Notes: generated by a model from the letters alone, not told the origin. A DNA stretch of 64,000 nt from Chiloscyllium plagiosum (GCF_004010195.1 NC_057723.1:65407903-65471902); one strand, 5' to 3'. Counted from the stretch's first letter, positions 39,025-52,229 are shown. Made by a program: numbers and translations.

Positions 39025-40740
39025 CCAGAGTTTTGTATAGCTGCAGCATGACCTCATGGCTCTGAAACTCAATCCCTCCACCAATAAAAGCTAACACACT
39101 ATATGCCTTCTTAATACCCTATCAAGGGAGGAGAAAGTGAGGTCTGCAGATGCTGGAGATCAGAGATGGAAATGTGTTGCTGGAAAAACGCAGCAGGTCA
39201 AGCAGCATCTAGGGAACAGGAGAATCGACGTTTCGGGCATTAGTCCTTCTTCAGGGTTAATGCCCGAAACGTCGATTCTCCTGTTCCCTAGATGCTGCCT
39301 GACCTGCTGCGTTTTTCCAGCAACACATTTCCATCTCTAATACCCTATCAACCTGAGTGGCAACTTTCAGGGATCTATGTACATGGACACCAAGATTTTA
39401 CTTACACTACCAAGGATCTTATCATTAGCCCAGTACTCTGTATTCCTATTGCTCCTTCCAAAATGAATCACCTCACACTTTTCTGCATTCAACTCCATTT
39501 GCCATCTCTCAGCCCAGCTCTGCAGCTTATCTATGTCTCTCTGTAACCTGCAACATCCTTCGGCACTATCCTTAGTATCGTTCACAAATTTACTAACCCA
39601 TCCGTCTATGCCCTCGTTCAGGTCATTTATAAAAATGACAAACAACTGTGGACCCAAACAGATCCTTGTGGTACCCCACTAGTCACTGAACTCCAGGATA
39701 AATATTTCCCATCAACCACCACCTGTTTTCTTTCAGCTAACCAATTTCTGATCCAAACTGCTAAATCACCTTCAATCCCATGCCTCCATATTTTGTGCAA
39801 TAGCCTATCGTGGGGAACCTTATCAAATGCAACATCCTTCAGCACTATCCACAACTCCACCGACCTTAGCGTCATCTGCAAATTTACTAACCCATCCTTC
39901 TATGCCCTCATCTAGGTCATTTATAAAAATGACAAACAACACTGGCCCCATAAGAGATCCTTATGGTACACCACTTGTAACTGAACTCCAGGATGAATAT
40001 TTCCCATCAACCACCACCCTCTGTCTTCTTTCAGCTAGCCAACTTCTGATCCAAACTGCGAATTCACCCTCAATCCTATGCCTCAGTACTTTGTGCAATA
40101 GCCTACCATGGGGAATTTTATCAAACACCTTTTTGAAATCCAAATACACCACATCAACTGCTTTACCCTCATCCACCTGTTTGGTCACCTTCTCAAAGAA
40201 TTCAATAAGGTTTGTGAGGCACGACCTACCCTTCACAAAACCATGTTGACTATCCGCAATCAACTTGTTCCTCCCTAGATGATTATAAATCCTATCTCTT
40301 CTAGTCTGTTCCAACACTTTACCCACAACTGAAGTAAGGCTCACTGGTTTATAATTACCAGGTTCCCTTCTTGAACAAGGAGACATTTGCTATCCTCCAG
40401 TCTTCTGACACTATTCCTGTAGACAATGACAACATAAAGATCAAAGCCAAAGGCTCTGTAATCTCCTCCCTGGCTTCCCAGAGAATCCTCAGATAAGTCC
40501 AATCCGGTCCAGGCAACATATCTATTTTCACATTTTCCACAATTGCTAATACTTCCTCCTTGTGAACCTCAATCCCGTCTAGTCTAATAGCCTGTATTTC
40601 AGTATTCTCCTCAAACATTATCTTATTCCAGTGTGAATACTGACAAAAAATATTCATTTAGCCCTTCCCATCTCCACAGACTCCATGCACAACTTCCCAT
40701 TACGTTCTTTGATTGACCCTAATCTTCTTCTCATCATTCT
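39025..40740 (-). mobile_element. CR1 ORF2 internal fragment with a ~280-bp tandem duplication in the RT and a PLE hairpin insertion
   Basis: NYKPVSLTSVVGK, QHGFVKGRSCLTNL, YLDFKKVFDKIPH, VTSGVP. Region about 39550-39829 repeats as about 39829-40125. Confidence 0.9.
39126..39337. mobile_element. Fold-back PLE pLTR mini-element (about 86-bp inverted arms) with 14-bp TSD
   Basis: Arms about 39162-39247 and 39253-39338 are near-perfect reverse complements. TSD taataccctatcaa (39112-39125 / 39338-39351). Hammerhead-like core ctgaagaaggactaatgcccgaaacgtc on the minus strand. Confidence 0.9.
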
Positions 40741-41905
40741 GGAGAATAGTTGTTAAAACCACAGCAGACGGGAAGTTACTTGAAGTAAATGTTGAGGAAG
40801 GAAAGCAGTGATGATATTGAAGTAAGGGAACTTGGGTTTATAATTGGGTCGATGATGATTTACAATAGGATTATGGGACAGACCATGGTGTGATTTGTGG
40901 ATGAGGCCACAGCACCAACACAGCAATCTAGGCACAGTAAGAGGGTATAGTCAGTAAGCAAGTTTTCATCAAGCCAAGGATATTGTAGAAATCATGCAAA
41001 ATAAGCTCATGGTTACAAGGAACGTACTCATATTTGAGGGTATATTCTGGAGGGAGGTGTGAAGAATGATGGTAGTTATTGAACTCCCAGAAAAGTTCTC
41101 AGTGTCGAAACTAGGCCAGATTGTGTGGGATGGGAAACAGGGTTGATACAATACAGACAAACTGAGGAAGAAGTTTGTGATAAGGAGATGGTGCCAGATG
41201 GTGTAGAAATAAGTGAAAACTGTCCTAATGACATGAGCAAGTAGCTCAGATGAAATGAGGAAAAAATGTAACTGATGCACTTAAGTATCTAGTAGCAGCC
41301 AAAATGCGCACACAAATGGACACAGGAAACTTAGGTTACGTGAAAGCATTTACGAAACAAGATTCAAACAGTTAAAATCCTCGTAATAGATGGCGAATAG
41401 AGAAAAAAATAAGAAGATGCATTTAAATGGAGGTAGAAAGGTGGAGAACATCAGACAGGGAATCCCGGATAGGACCTCGATGACTAAAGCCTCCGCCACC
41501 AGTGATATGGCGAATGCAGAAAAGGCTAGAGCCATAAGGACAGAATAAATGCTCATATGTCTTATAGCCTGGAGGATATTAGGACAGAATGAGTCTGAGG
41601 AGATTTAAAGAAGATGTTGTTTGTCTATTAACCTGTTACTTTGGAGTATGGCCTGGAATATAAAGAGGACAGACTGATGTGCTCCAATTGTTCCTTAAAT
41701 GTATGCCAATGATTTGCTTAGAATTATGTGGTTATTGTTCACAGGTGCTGTAGTGTCTGTGAAAGATTTCTAGAGACCAAGGTGCAGAATCTCATAATAG
41801 TTCTGTCATGGTGACCTTGGATATTAGTAGCAGTGATCAATGACATTAGCAGCCCCAAGTAGAGTTAGTTAGCCTAGATTAAATAATGGCCAAGATAGTC
41901 CGATG

Positions 41906-42124
41906 CTGAAAATGTGTTGCTGGAAAAGCGCAGCAGGTCAGGCAGCATCCAAGGAACAGGAGAATCGACGTTTTGGGCATAAGCCCTTCTTCAGCAATCT
42001 AGGCACAGTAAGAGGGTATAGTCAGTGAGCAAGTTTTCATCAAGCCAAGGATATTGTAGAAATCATGCAAAATAAGCTCATGGTTACAAGGAACGTACTC
42101 ATATTTGAGGGTATATTCTGGAGG
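41906..42124 (-). mobile_element. PLE pLTR fragment plus a 135-bp copy of 40921-41055, enclosed by a 12-bp TSD
   Basis: TSD gatagtccgatg (41894-41905 / 42125-42136). 41992-42126 matches 40921-41055 with one mismatch. Confidence 0.92.
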
Positions 42125-42226
42125 GATAGTCCGATGGCCAAACAGTCATTATATCAATGTAGATCAGGGATGTGCATGGGAATCCTGCGTAATCCCAAGT
42201 CACTTCAAAGGAATGCCTAAGAAATT

Positions 42227-42567
42227 GGGCAGCACGGTGGCTCAGTGATTAGCAGTGCTGCCTTACAGCGCCAGGACCTGGGTTCAATTCCAGCCTCGGG
42301 CGACTGTCTGTGTGGAGTTTGCACATTCTCCCCATGTCTGCATGAGTTTCCTCCAGGTGCTCCGGTTTCCTCCACAGATCAAAGATGTGCAGATCAGGTG
42401 AATTGGCCATGCTAAATTACCCCATAATGTTCAAGGATGTATAGGTTAGGTGCATTGGTCAGGGGTAAATGTAGGGAAGTGGGTCTGGGTGGGTTAGTCT
42501 TCAGAGTGTCAGTGTGGACTTGCTGAGCCGAAGGGTGTGTTTCCACACAGTAGGGATTCTACTCTAT
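42227..42567 (+). mobile_element. HE1-type V-SINE
   Basis: GGGCAGCACGGTGGCTCAGTG head, V domain and CR1-like tail. Confidence 0.9.
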
Positions 42568-42946
42568 GAAATTGAATTCTCTGATGGACAATTCCTCTAT
42601 GCCTGGAACCCGCCAAAAATTTCCATTTCACTATGATACTTTGGAGGGTTCCAATAAAATTAAGTAAAATCATCCAGGAGTTGAACTCATAAATAGGAAC
42701 TCATAATTGGAAGCTCGTGCCCCACTTAATCAACTACAACTCCCCCAAAACATTTACACCCTTCCTGACCTGCTTTCTCTCCTCTCACTTGCTTTACCCG
42801 ATCCAACCCAAACACTGCCCTGACACTACCCATCTGGCATCCTAAGCCCTCCCCAGCTGGAACCCATCTAACTTACCTTGGTATCCAATCCATCTGGTAA
42901 CCTTACCCCTGGCACTCTAACCCTTCAGCTGACATCATTCAGCATT

Positions 42947-43078
42947 AGGAGAAAGTGAGGACTGCAGATGCTGGAGATCAGAGTCGAAAAGTTTGGCGCT
43001 GGAAGAGCACAGCAGGTCAGGCAACATCCAAGGAGCAGGAGATTCAACATTTCGGGCATAAGCCCTTCATCAGGAATG
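42947..43078 (-). mobile_element. Solo PLE pLTR fragment with hammerhead core
   Basis: Minus strand cctgatgaagggcttatgcccgaaatgttg. Related copies at about 46378-46457, 52255-52390, 15390-15480, 49355-49480, 52960-53035 and 59066-59215. Confidence 0.8.
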
Positions 43079-46034
43079 TGGGCTGTACCTTTCAGTGAAC
43101 TGAGTGACAATCTGCCTCTTAGGGATTTTCATCTTGGTGTTAAGTGCATTTTGTATGGTCTGACTCCCAGACAGCACCATCGCAGTTTTCAATGCATCTG
43201 GGTTCAAGGTCCAAACTGCCTCTAAGTTGGCACTAATCGGCAATAAATTGCTAATCCAGCCCAGTTATGTTGGTTTGCAAGTTGAAGATGCTGCATTGGC
43301 ACACTGGAGATTGTTCCTCTGAGGCTACAGTTGAAGCACGGTGTTGGGAAAGTAGAGGGACCTTTAACTTGTATGCAACCCATTTGATACTGAGACTTAG
43401 GTGTCTCTTGAGAGGAAGCACTGATCCATTCACAATAAACACAGTACTAAAGTTATACTTCATATCAGTGCTGTAACCCTTAATCTGGAATGGAAGATTG
43501 TCTGAAGTGGCAATATATAGCTCCCAGAGATACAGCAGGATTCATTTCATAGAATGGAATGTCACTATTCCAAACAATCTGTTCCAGCAAAATTATAATT
43601 TCTACCATACATAAACAACTCACGTTTAGCAATTATTACTTATTTTAAGCATAGAATTTTGTAAGTACATAAGTAAAAGCAAAAAATGCTACTTTACATT
43701 CAATTTGTCTCAAATGATTCGATTGTGTTTCTGAAGATGTACTAGGTAAGGAAATTAAAAATTAATGAAATTAAAAATTATTTAAACTTCAAGAACGCAA
43801 AGTTCACATATGTTTGTTATTTTTCTTGTGCTCTTATGCTTTGGTTGTGCTAATTTGACCTTTATATATGTCATTTAAAACAATCTGCTCATGATTTCTT
43901 TCAGTGGAACAGCATAAACATTCATAAATAAATTGACAAAGGTAATAAAATGATGTGTATTTTTTCGAGGTAGACCCTGTTTTCAAAGAATCGCTTGCAT
44001 AATATTGTTATTACAATTCCCTTGTTGCTATACCAAACAAAAATTGTGTACTTCTCTCCCAGTTAGATCTACATGGATGTCACAATGTGATGAGATCTGC
44101 CTTACTATGCAAAAACATACAAGAACAATTTTACATAAAGTTCCTGCACCACAGGAACTTTTGGTGCCAACTGGCTGAGCACCAAACTTTGCATTAGTCA
44201 GTAATGAAGGGGTTAATAAAAATCAAATTACTATTTTGGGCACAGAAATTAGGCATTGTAATCATTCTCATGTTGCTATGCAGCATACACCTCTACTGAC
44301 TTAAACAAGCAACAAAGAAAATGGATCCCTTCGAGCTTGATGTCCTCTTGCACTTCTCAAAATATATGTATGTTATGCTATTTAACAGCAGAGCAAACAC
44401 TGATTGCATGTGTTAGCAATGTGTAGCTTTGAGAAGTTAAGATTACACAGATTAAAGTACTCCCTACATGAAATGAAATGAATTGTGTTTATGTGGATGG
44501 CTGTTAGAAATTGATCTCAAGTGATTAACCCTAAAAGAGAATATTAATCAGTGCACTGAAAGAATATATTGCATTTAAAAGCTTTTTAATTTTGGTATCT
44601 ATAGCTTTCCAGTCAAAGATTTTTAAACATTTGTTTTATACAAGCACAAAAATTTCCAAAATCAGCCTGAGACTGATGTTGCTTTCTCAAGTGCTGTTTG
44701 AGCAAATGAGTTTGCTTTGAGCAATGCTTCAGAGCACTGTAGCACTGGAGGAGGCTGGTTGGGCTGTAAATATTAGAAGATGTACAATAAATCAACAGAT
44801 TATCCTAAGGACACAAAGAGAGCAATTTGTGGCTGGGAGCATTTGACAGATAGTTTGAAGAAAGCAGATGATTGCCCGACTCTCGTTTCAGGTCTCCATG
44901 CAGCGCCTGGAGGCATTTCAGTGTTATTGTTGTATATTGATGTTACGGTTACCGCTGAGTGGCTAGCAGTGACAGATGTCTATAATTACAGCCAGAGCTG
45001 GCAGGATTCAGAAGCTTGGCAATGTAGAACAATTAGCTCCTGCCTGGTGCACCCCAGAGAATTGTTGAAATTGCTGGTGTAACGGAGTGCAATTGGTGGA
45101 TACAGTGTCTGCTGCCCTCGGGACAATGGAAGAAATACAATACAACCACCATTGTCACAAGCTATGGTCTAATCATTTCCGAGATTTTCTAACAGGTCCT
45201 GGTAAATGTTCTATCATCCATCCTGCATTTTAGCTGTGATTTTGTTTTGTTACCAGGCTTTTAATCAAGATCCTACATCATTTGCGTGAATTACCATAGC
45301 CTATGAAGTTTAGTCACCTTGTGTGTATTTTGTAGGGAGAGGCGGAGCACCAGACAGATTTAAATGAAATGAACATTGCATCAGCACTGAGCTTACTCAA
45401 GAGGATGGTAATCACAAATAGGCATGCATACAGCATATATATAGAATTGCTGAACTGGGCACAGTACAATTGGGACATATTATGAACCGGTTTGATTCAG
45501 GAAATATTACCTACTTCCCGACATGATTTTTATATGTTAAATAATTACATTTCTATTCTTAAATAATTAGCTATACTACATTATTAGCACAGAAACAGGC
45601 CACTTGGCCTAATGGGTCAATGTATATTTTTAAAAGTCTCAACAGTTCCCACTCAGGTTCTATATCTATCCATTCCCTTCTCCGTCATGTCTCCCTATCA
45701 TTGTGTTAGTTCCTGCTTCAACCATTCCATATGGCAGTGAGTTCTAAAAGTTCAACACATGTTATTAAAGAAACGCTTCCTTGTTCTTGGCTCAACCACA
45801 AGTGAAATCAGTTTATCCAAATCCCACTGTATCAAACCATAAGCAGGATTTATCTCAGCCAGTTCTGGCTCTGTATACCTTGATATCCTTCCTCCACAAA
45901 AATCCAATTGTTTTGGTCTTGAAAATTTCAACTGACCCATATTTTGGGACATGGAGGGCAAGTGCTCCAAATTTTCAAATGAGGAATGGGCCACGGCCTG
46001 TTCAATCTTTTCTGATAGTTAAGAATATAAATCA

Positions 46035-47030
46035 GAAATAGAGTAGGTCCTACGAACCCTCAAACCTGTTGTGCCATATTATAGGATCATGGCTGATCAG
46101 ACATTTCTTATATCCTTTTTCCTGTCCTTTCACCATAATCCTCGATTATGCTACTGATCAGAATCTATATACGTGTGCCTTAAATATACACAAGGACTCT
46201 GTCCCAACAGCTCTCTGTGGCAAGGAGTTCCACAGGCTTTCAACCCTTTGAGAGAAGAAATTCTTCTTCATCTCAGTCTTAATTCTTTATTCTGCAGACA
46301 TACCATCTGCTTCTAGACTTTTCCATGAAGGGAAACATCCTCTCAGTATTTACCTTGTCAAACTCCTTAAGGATCTTGTGGTGCTGGAAAAGCTGGGCAG
46401 GTCAGGCAGCATCCGCGGAGCAGGAGAATCCACGTTTCGGGCATAAGTCCTTCATTCCAATGAGTCTCAACCTGTTTATCCTTTGCTCATAAGACAATCC
46501 CCGCATACTCAGGATCATCCTCGTGAACCACCTTTAAATTGCTTCCAATTAAATATGTTTCTTCAAATAAGAGGACCAAAAATGCTCACAGTACTTCAGA
46601 TGTGGTCTCACTAGCACATTGTATAGTTGCAATTACACTTCCCTACTCTAACAACCTGAAATAATGGCCAACACTCCATTAGCCTTCCTGATTACCTGCT
46701 GCACCTGTATGCTAACTTACTGTGTTTTGTGCACAGATCCCCCCACATTCCTTTGAGTTGCAGATTTCTGCTGTTTTTCTCCATTTAAATGTTATTCTGT
46801 TCTTTTGTTCTCCCTTCCAAAACGAACAACTTCACATTTTCCCATATTATACTCCATTTGATTATTTTTTACTTACTTACTTAATATATAAATAGCTTTC
46901 TATAAACTGTTGTATCCCTCTTGCAGCCTGCCCTTCCACTTATTTTGCATCCTTTTAATTCTGGAAATACACTTGTGAATCTTTTCTGTATTATCTCCAG
47001 GGCTTTGATATCCTTCTTGGCATATAGAGG
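46035..47030 (-). mobile_element. Old CR1 3' fragments, interrupted by a pLTR fragment at about 46378-46457
   Basis: CR1 3' UTR/ORF2 motifs (ctctgtggcaaggagttccacag; ALEIIQKRFT). Confidence 0.7.
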
Positions 47031-50000
47031 ATGGAATTTAGTTGCCTGGGCATCATTGGTCCAGAGTGGCATGGTAGAGAGGAATGAAAGGCTGGTGGTT
47101 TAAGCTGTTTGATCAGTGAGGGAGTACACTTAAGATCCTTGCTGTCTTCCCAACTATCCACTGGGTGGGGCAGGTGGAGCTAATTGAAGCTGTTAAATAC
47201 CCAACTAAGAGCTTCAACCTGCTGTCATCAAATTCACCCACCTGTGGGCTTGCCATCAGGGAAAGCTGTCCCTGTCAAGTTGAGTAATGCATCTTGAAAA
47301 AGTTCATCATCCACAGTTTCCATCCAATCATTTTTTCTTTACCTTCTTCTGAACAAAATGACCCAGTTCACGCTTGGCAATATTTAACTTGGCAATACTA
47401 AAATACAATATTTAACCCACTCTGTGAATCTGTTTGTCTTCCTGTATTTTAGTACAACATTCCATATTATAGGCTATAATCTCCCTTCCACTGAGTTTTC
47501 CATATGTTCATCTTTCCCCAACAAATTATGAGAATTGCTGCATGAGGTGAAAACAATTCAGAGGATAGAAAACTGTACCTGAAGTTTAACTGGTGATCGA
47601 TTGGTGCAGTAATCTGTCCTTCGACTATGTTATATTAACGGCAACAGGAACCAGGACATCCGGTGTATGTTGGAGGTAAATAGTATGTTAAGAAAGGGAA
47701 ATTTTTATGAGTCCGTAAAGGAAATAGCTTGAAGAACTCAAAAGTCAGCAATATAAACCACGATTTATCAATTATTGAAATGAATCCTGTTGCCTCTTTA
47801 GTTTGTGTTTGTCACCACATTAACAATTCAGCAAAATTGAATAATGCTTTCCATTAAAGAGGATTTTAAAGCATTTACTGTCCTCCTCATGTCAACTGCC
47901 AAGGAAATGTTGACCAGGCTGGAAATAATAAAGCATAGATTTAGCTGTCTCTAAATTGTCAGACTGCTTGTTCATATCCAGCACTGGATGTGCAGAAATT
48001 TCCTGCAATGAAATATCAGAAGGACTGAGGTCATTGTGTTGGTCAAAGTCTGAAACTCTATTTCCTCGCCGTTGACTCAGTCATTCTCCTTTATCGTTGT
48101 CTAAGGCTGTTCACAATCTTGGTATCTTATTTGACCTTGACGTGAATTTCCAACTGCATACCCATTCCAAGATTATCTATTTTGCCATCATAACATCACC
48201 TGATTCTACCATTGTTTATCTACGCCAAACCCTCTTTCATAGCTTTGTTACCTCTCACCTTAACTATTCCAACATATTCCTGATCAACTATTCATTTTCC
48301 ACCTTCTATACGCTTAAACATTCCTAAACCTCTGCTGCTTTTATATTAACTTTCATGAAATTCTCATCTGTAAACACACACCCCTTTAGTGTCAAATTTC
48401 ATTTGAGGTACCCTAAGTCATTCTTACTCTGTTAAAGATGTTGCATCAATTGTAGTTATTGTAGTAAAATTTAAATAATATTTTGAGTTAAGAAAACTTG
48501 GCTTTGCTGATATTAACGTTTTTTTAATCTATTGTGATTTTTCTTCTCTGGTTGAAATCTTGAATCCAGTTCAGAGTTTTTGTGCAATCATCTGTTTAAT
48601 AGTGAGACATTTTTTATTCAGTTGACTCTTGTAAAATTATAATCTCAAATGCAGTTACATTGAGTGGTATGAAACATTTTAATGGGTATTTTCTTTAGTC
48701 TTTACAAAGAATAAATCTTGTTTTTTTTATAAACCAACTCATTAATTATTACCAGAATATCCTAGAAGACTTCACAGAAAACAAATTTATTTTGGGTTCC
48801 TACCACTGTTATTACATCGAAATGTTATTTTACAAGCACTCCACAAAGTTAAAAATGAGAAGTTAATTTTTTTTTAGTGGAGTTGTTTGGAGAAGGAATG
48901 TTATTCAAGACAGCAGGCAAAGTGTTTAATCTCTGAACAATGGATTAGGTCCTCAAGGGATCCTTTACATTGAGTTGCCAGAAGTTAGATCTTCAATTTA
49001 ACTTCTGATATTGCTGCACCCCTCACAGCTACACTCAAGCATCATCTGAGACAATGTGCTGAAGTGAGATTTGAACACAATCAATCTGATTTGGAGGAGA
49101 ACTTTACTAACCAAATCAAACTGGCATATTGCTGATTTTTAATAAAACTGCAAATATTAAAAAATTGAGAAAAAGCTGACAAAACATTGGTATTTCAGCA
49201 TTTGAGGAAAGGGACTCATCTAGAGATTCTTTCTCCTGCTCTGAAGCTGCATTGACCTCTCTTAACTCTTTCAGAGACTTAACAACTCTGCTTTGTTTTA
49301 CAGCATTTGTTGCTATTATTTTAAACCTGAAATATATCAAACACTGCATAATTTGAAGAAGGATCTCTGGACCAGAGACATTAACTCTGCTTTCTTTCCA
49401 CAGATGCTGCCAGATTTACAGAGTTTCTCCAGCAATTTATGTTTTGGTTTCAGATTTCCAGCATATGCAGTTTTCTTTTTGTTTTTCACTCTACAATTTC
49501 TTTTTGATTTGCTAATTGTTCTCAGTACCGAATCATTGCTTCCACTGTGCTTGCCTTTTTAAACAAGTACGACTTTCTAGAAGATGCAAAACATTGGCTT
49601 TTTGCGGCTTTGATTTGAGACAGCAAAATAAAATGAAATGTCTGCTGTCAGTTTTTAAAAGAAGTTTCTTCTCTAAGCCAATTGTATAAAGTATGAGTCG
49701 TAGGAAATATTTACAGTGAGCATGACAGAAATGTTATCTAAGGATGTGAAATGGATAATGCTGATAGTCCAGAGCCTGATATTTTCTACCATATATTTTA
49801 ATCTATTAGCCAAGCCCAGTGTAATGTAGACAGAATTTGTTTCTATTTATTTGTATTCATTTAATAGGCAGATATTGCTACATGGTACTCGTTTAAATGG
49901 ATTAGATCAGCTTAAAGCTGTGCCACATACATATTCATGGGAACAAATGGTTTCACTTTGAGTAAATTAAAAAAATGCCTCACTTAATGCTCAACAGGAG

Positions 50001-50464
50001 AAACAAAAGAAGGTTGTTGTCATTGTTAACGAGTGCCTCAATTTACTGTTCAATGGGGCAGATAAATGGATTTAGGAGCTAATAATCATGCCTGTCATTC
50101 AAGGCTAGCGTGTGGAATCCCATGGGTAGAAGAAAGCCCATGGGATGAAAGGACTGATCTGGTGTTTGATGGGATGATGGGTATCCAGACTAATGGATAA
50201 TAAAAGGATTAGAAATAGTTACAAGGATGATTGTAGATTAAATGGCTGTTTCATTGTTACCTTGTTTTATTTAAACTTCTGTTTGCACGCTCCTTTTAGT
50301 ACAGTAGTAGAATTTCCCTTGTTGGACTTGTGCTTTTGAATGCAAATTAAGACCATATGTTTTATATTTGACTTTTTCTTAATGGCCTTCTGATACACTG
50401 TTTAGTTAGAGGTAAAGTTAATCACGTGGTATAGTTCAATTGCATTGCTTTCTAAAACTAATTA

Positions 50465-50581
50465 GGGCTCTTGTGTTGCACTGGTAATGTCCCTATCTCT
50501 GAGCCAGGAGACCCAGGTTCAAGTCCCACCTGTTCCTGAGGTGTACAGTGCCATCTCTGAACTGGTTGATCCAAAAACATA
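50465..50581 (+). mobile_element. Short tRNA-derived SINE (3335 family)
   Basis: gggctcttgtgttgcactggtaatgtcccta...ggttcaagtcccacctg. Confidence 0.7.
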
Positions 50582-50829
50582 TCTAGAGTTCATGACCAAT
50601 AATTTCCCTTATAAACCCCAATTTCTTATTTATTTTTATAATTATCTGCTACAATATTTTAATTTTGTACAGAGATTAAAAAGAGTAAACTGCAGAAGGT
50701 ATAAAATTGTAAGCACTGGAAATCCACAGAGGATCACTCCGTATTTGAGAGGAGAAAATAACAGTTTGGCATTTTAGATTGATAGCCATCATCACTTTAC
50801 TTCTAATTGAAGACATCTTTTTCTCAGTT

Positions 50830-51886
50830 AGACCATAAGACATAGGGGCGGAAGTAAGGCCATTCGGCCCATCGAGTCCACTCCGCCATTCAATCATGGC
50901 TGATGGGCATTTCAACTCCACTTACCCGCATTCCCCCCGTAGCCCTTAATTCCTTGTGACGTCAAGAATTTATCAATTTCTGCCTTGAAGACATTTAGCG
51001 TCCCGGCCTTCACTGCACTCTGTGGCAATGAATTCCACAGGCCCACCACTCTCTCGCTGAAGAAATGTCTCCGCATTTCTGTTCTGAATTTATCCCCTCT
51101 AATTTTAAGGCTGTGTCCACGGGTTCTAGTCTCCTCGCCTAACGGAAACAATTTCCTAGCGTCCACCCTCTCCAAGCCATGTATTATCTTGTAAGTTTCT
51201 ATTAGATCTCCCCTTAATCTTCTAAACTCCAATGAATACAATCCCAGGATCCTCAGCAATTCCTCATATGTTAGACCTACCATTCTAGGGATCATCCATG
51301 TGAATCTCCGCTGGACACGCTCCAGTGCCAGTATGTCCTTCCTGAGGTGTGGGGACCAAAACTGGACACAGTACTCCAAATGGGGCCTAACCAGAGCTTT
51401 ATAAAGTCTCAGTAGCATAACAGTGCTTTTATATTCCAACCCTCTTGAGATAATTGACAACATTGCATTCGCTTTCTTAATCACGGACTCAACCTGCATG
51501 TTTACCTTTAGAGAATCCTCAACTAGCACTCCCAGATCCCTCTGTACTTTGGCTTTCCGAATTTTCTCACCGTTTAGAAAGTAGTCCATGCTTGTATTCT
51601 TTTTTCCAAAGTGCAATACCTCGCATTTGCTCACATTGAATTCCATCAGCCATTTCCTGGACCACTCTTCCAAACTGTCTCGATCCTTCTGCAGCCTCCC
51701 CACTTCCTCAGTACTACCGGCCTGTCCACCTAACTTTGTATCATCGGCAAACTTCGCTAGAATGACCCCAGTCCCTTCATCCAGATCATTAATATATAAT
51801 GTGAACAGCTGCGGCCCCAACATTGAACCCTGCGGGACACCGCTTGTCACCGGCTGCCATTCCGAAAAAGAACCTTTTATCCCAAA
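50830..51886 (-). mobile_element. Young 5'-truncated CR1 LINE with an open RT C-terminal frame
   Basis: About 320 uninterrupted codons (GVPQGSMLGPQLF, KFADDTKL, LEYCVQFWSP, WNSLP), then the 3' UTR and a cttatggt-type tail. Confidence 0.95.
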
Positions 51887-51998
51887 CTTTGACTTACAAC
51901 TCAAAAACTTTACATAGCATCAATTCCTCCTGAGCCACTCCACGGGAGTGTAATGAGAAAGAATTTGACCTTCAAAATATATGCAGGTGAAGGCGAGC
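51887..51998 (-). repeat. 112-bp inverted copy of intron sequence 54164-54275, fused to the CR1 5' end
   Basis: Reverse-complement match with 3 mismatches. Confidence 0.93.
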
Positions 51999-52229
51999 TG
52001 TCAACTGATTTGCTGTGTTATCAAACATGTTCCATTTTTGTTAAGCATTTGGATAAATCCATTTTCCATGGGTCATTAGGCCTAATACGTATATACTGTA
52101 GAAAGCCTTTTTATTATATTAATTGTTTTATAGACCTAGCAAAGAGCAAGTAGAGATACATTGGGCCAGGTGGCCTGTTGTATTATGTCATTCCATGTTT
52201 GTTTTCAAGCCTAAGTTTGAATAACTGAC

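Larger units (their letters stand above)
37200..41300 (-). mobile_element. Highly decayed L2-like LINE serving as host for later CR1/PLE insertions
   Basis: L2-type 3' motif (rc of cagtttggtcaaagatgtagattctaaagaacatc) near 37285-37330. Purine-skewed degenerate ORF2 stretches at about 38060-39010 and 40740-41290. Confidence 0.5.

Noticed and set aside
50912-51904. 330-aa ORF as a host or domesticated gene
   Set aside because: It is the RT C-terminus of a truncated CR1. Its 'N-terminus' MSCKSK comes from the captured intron fragment and a TTG start.
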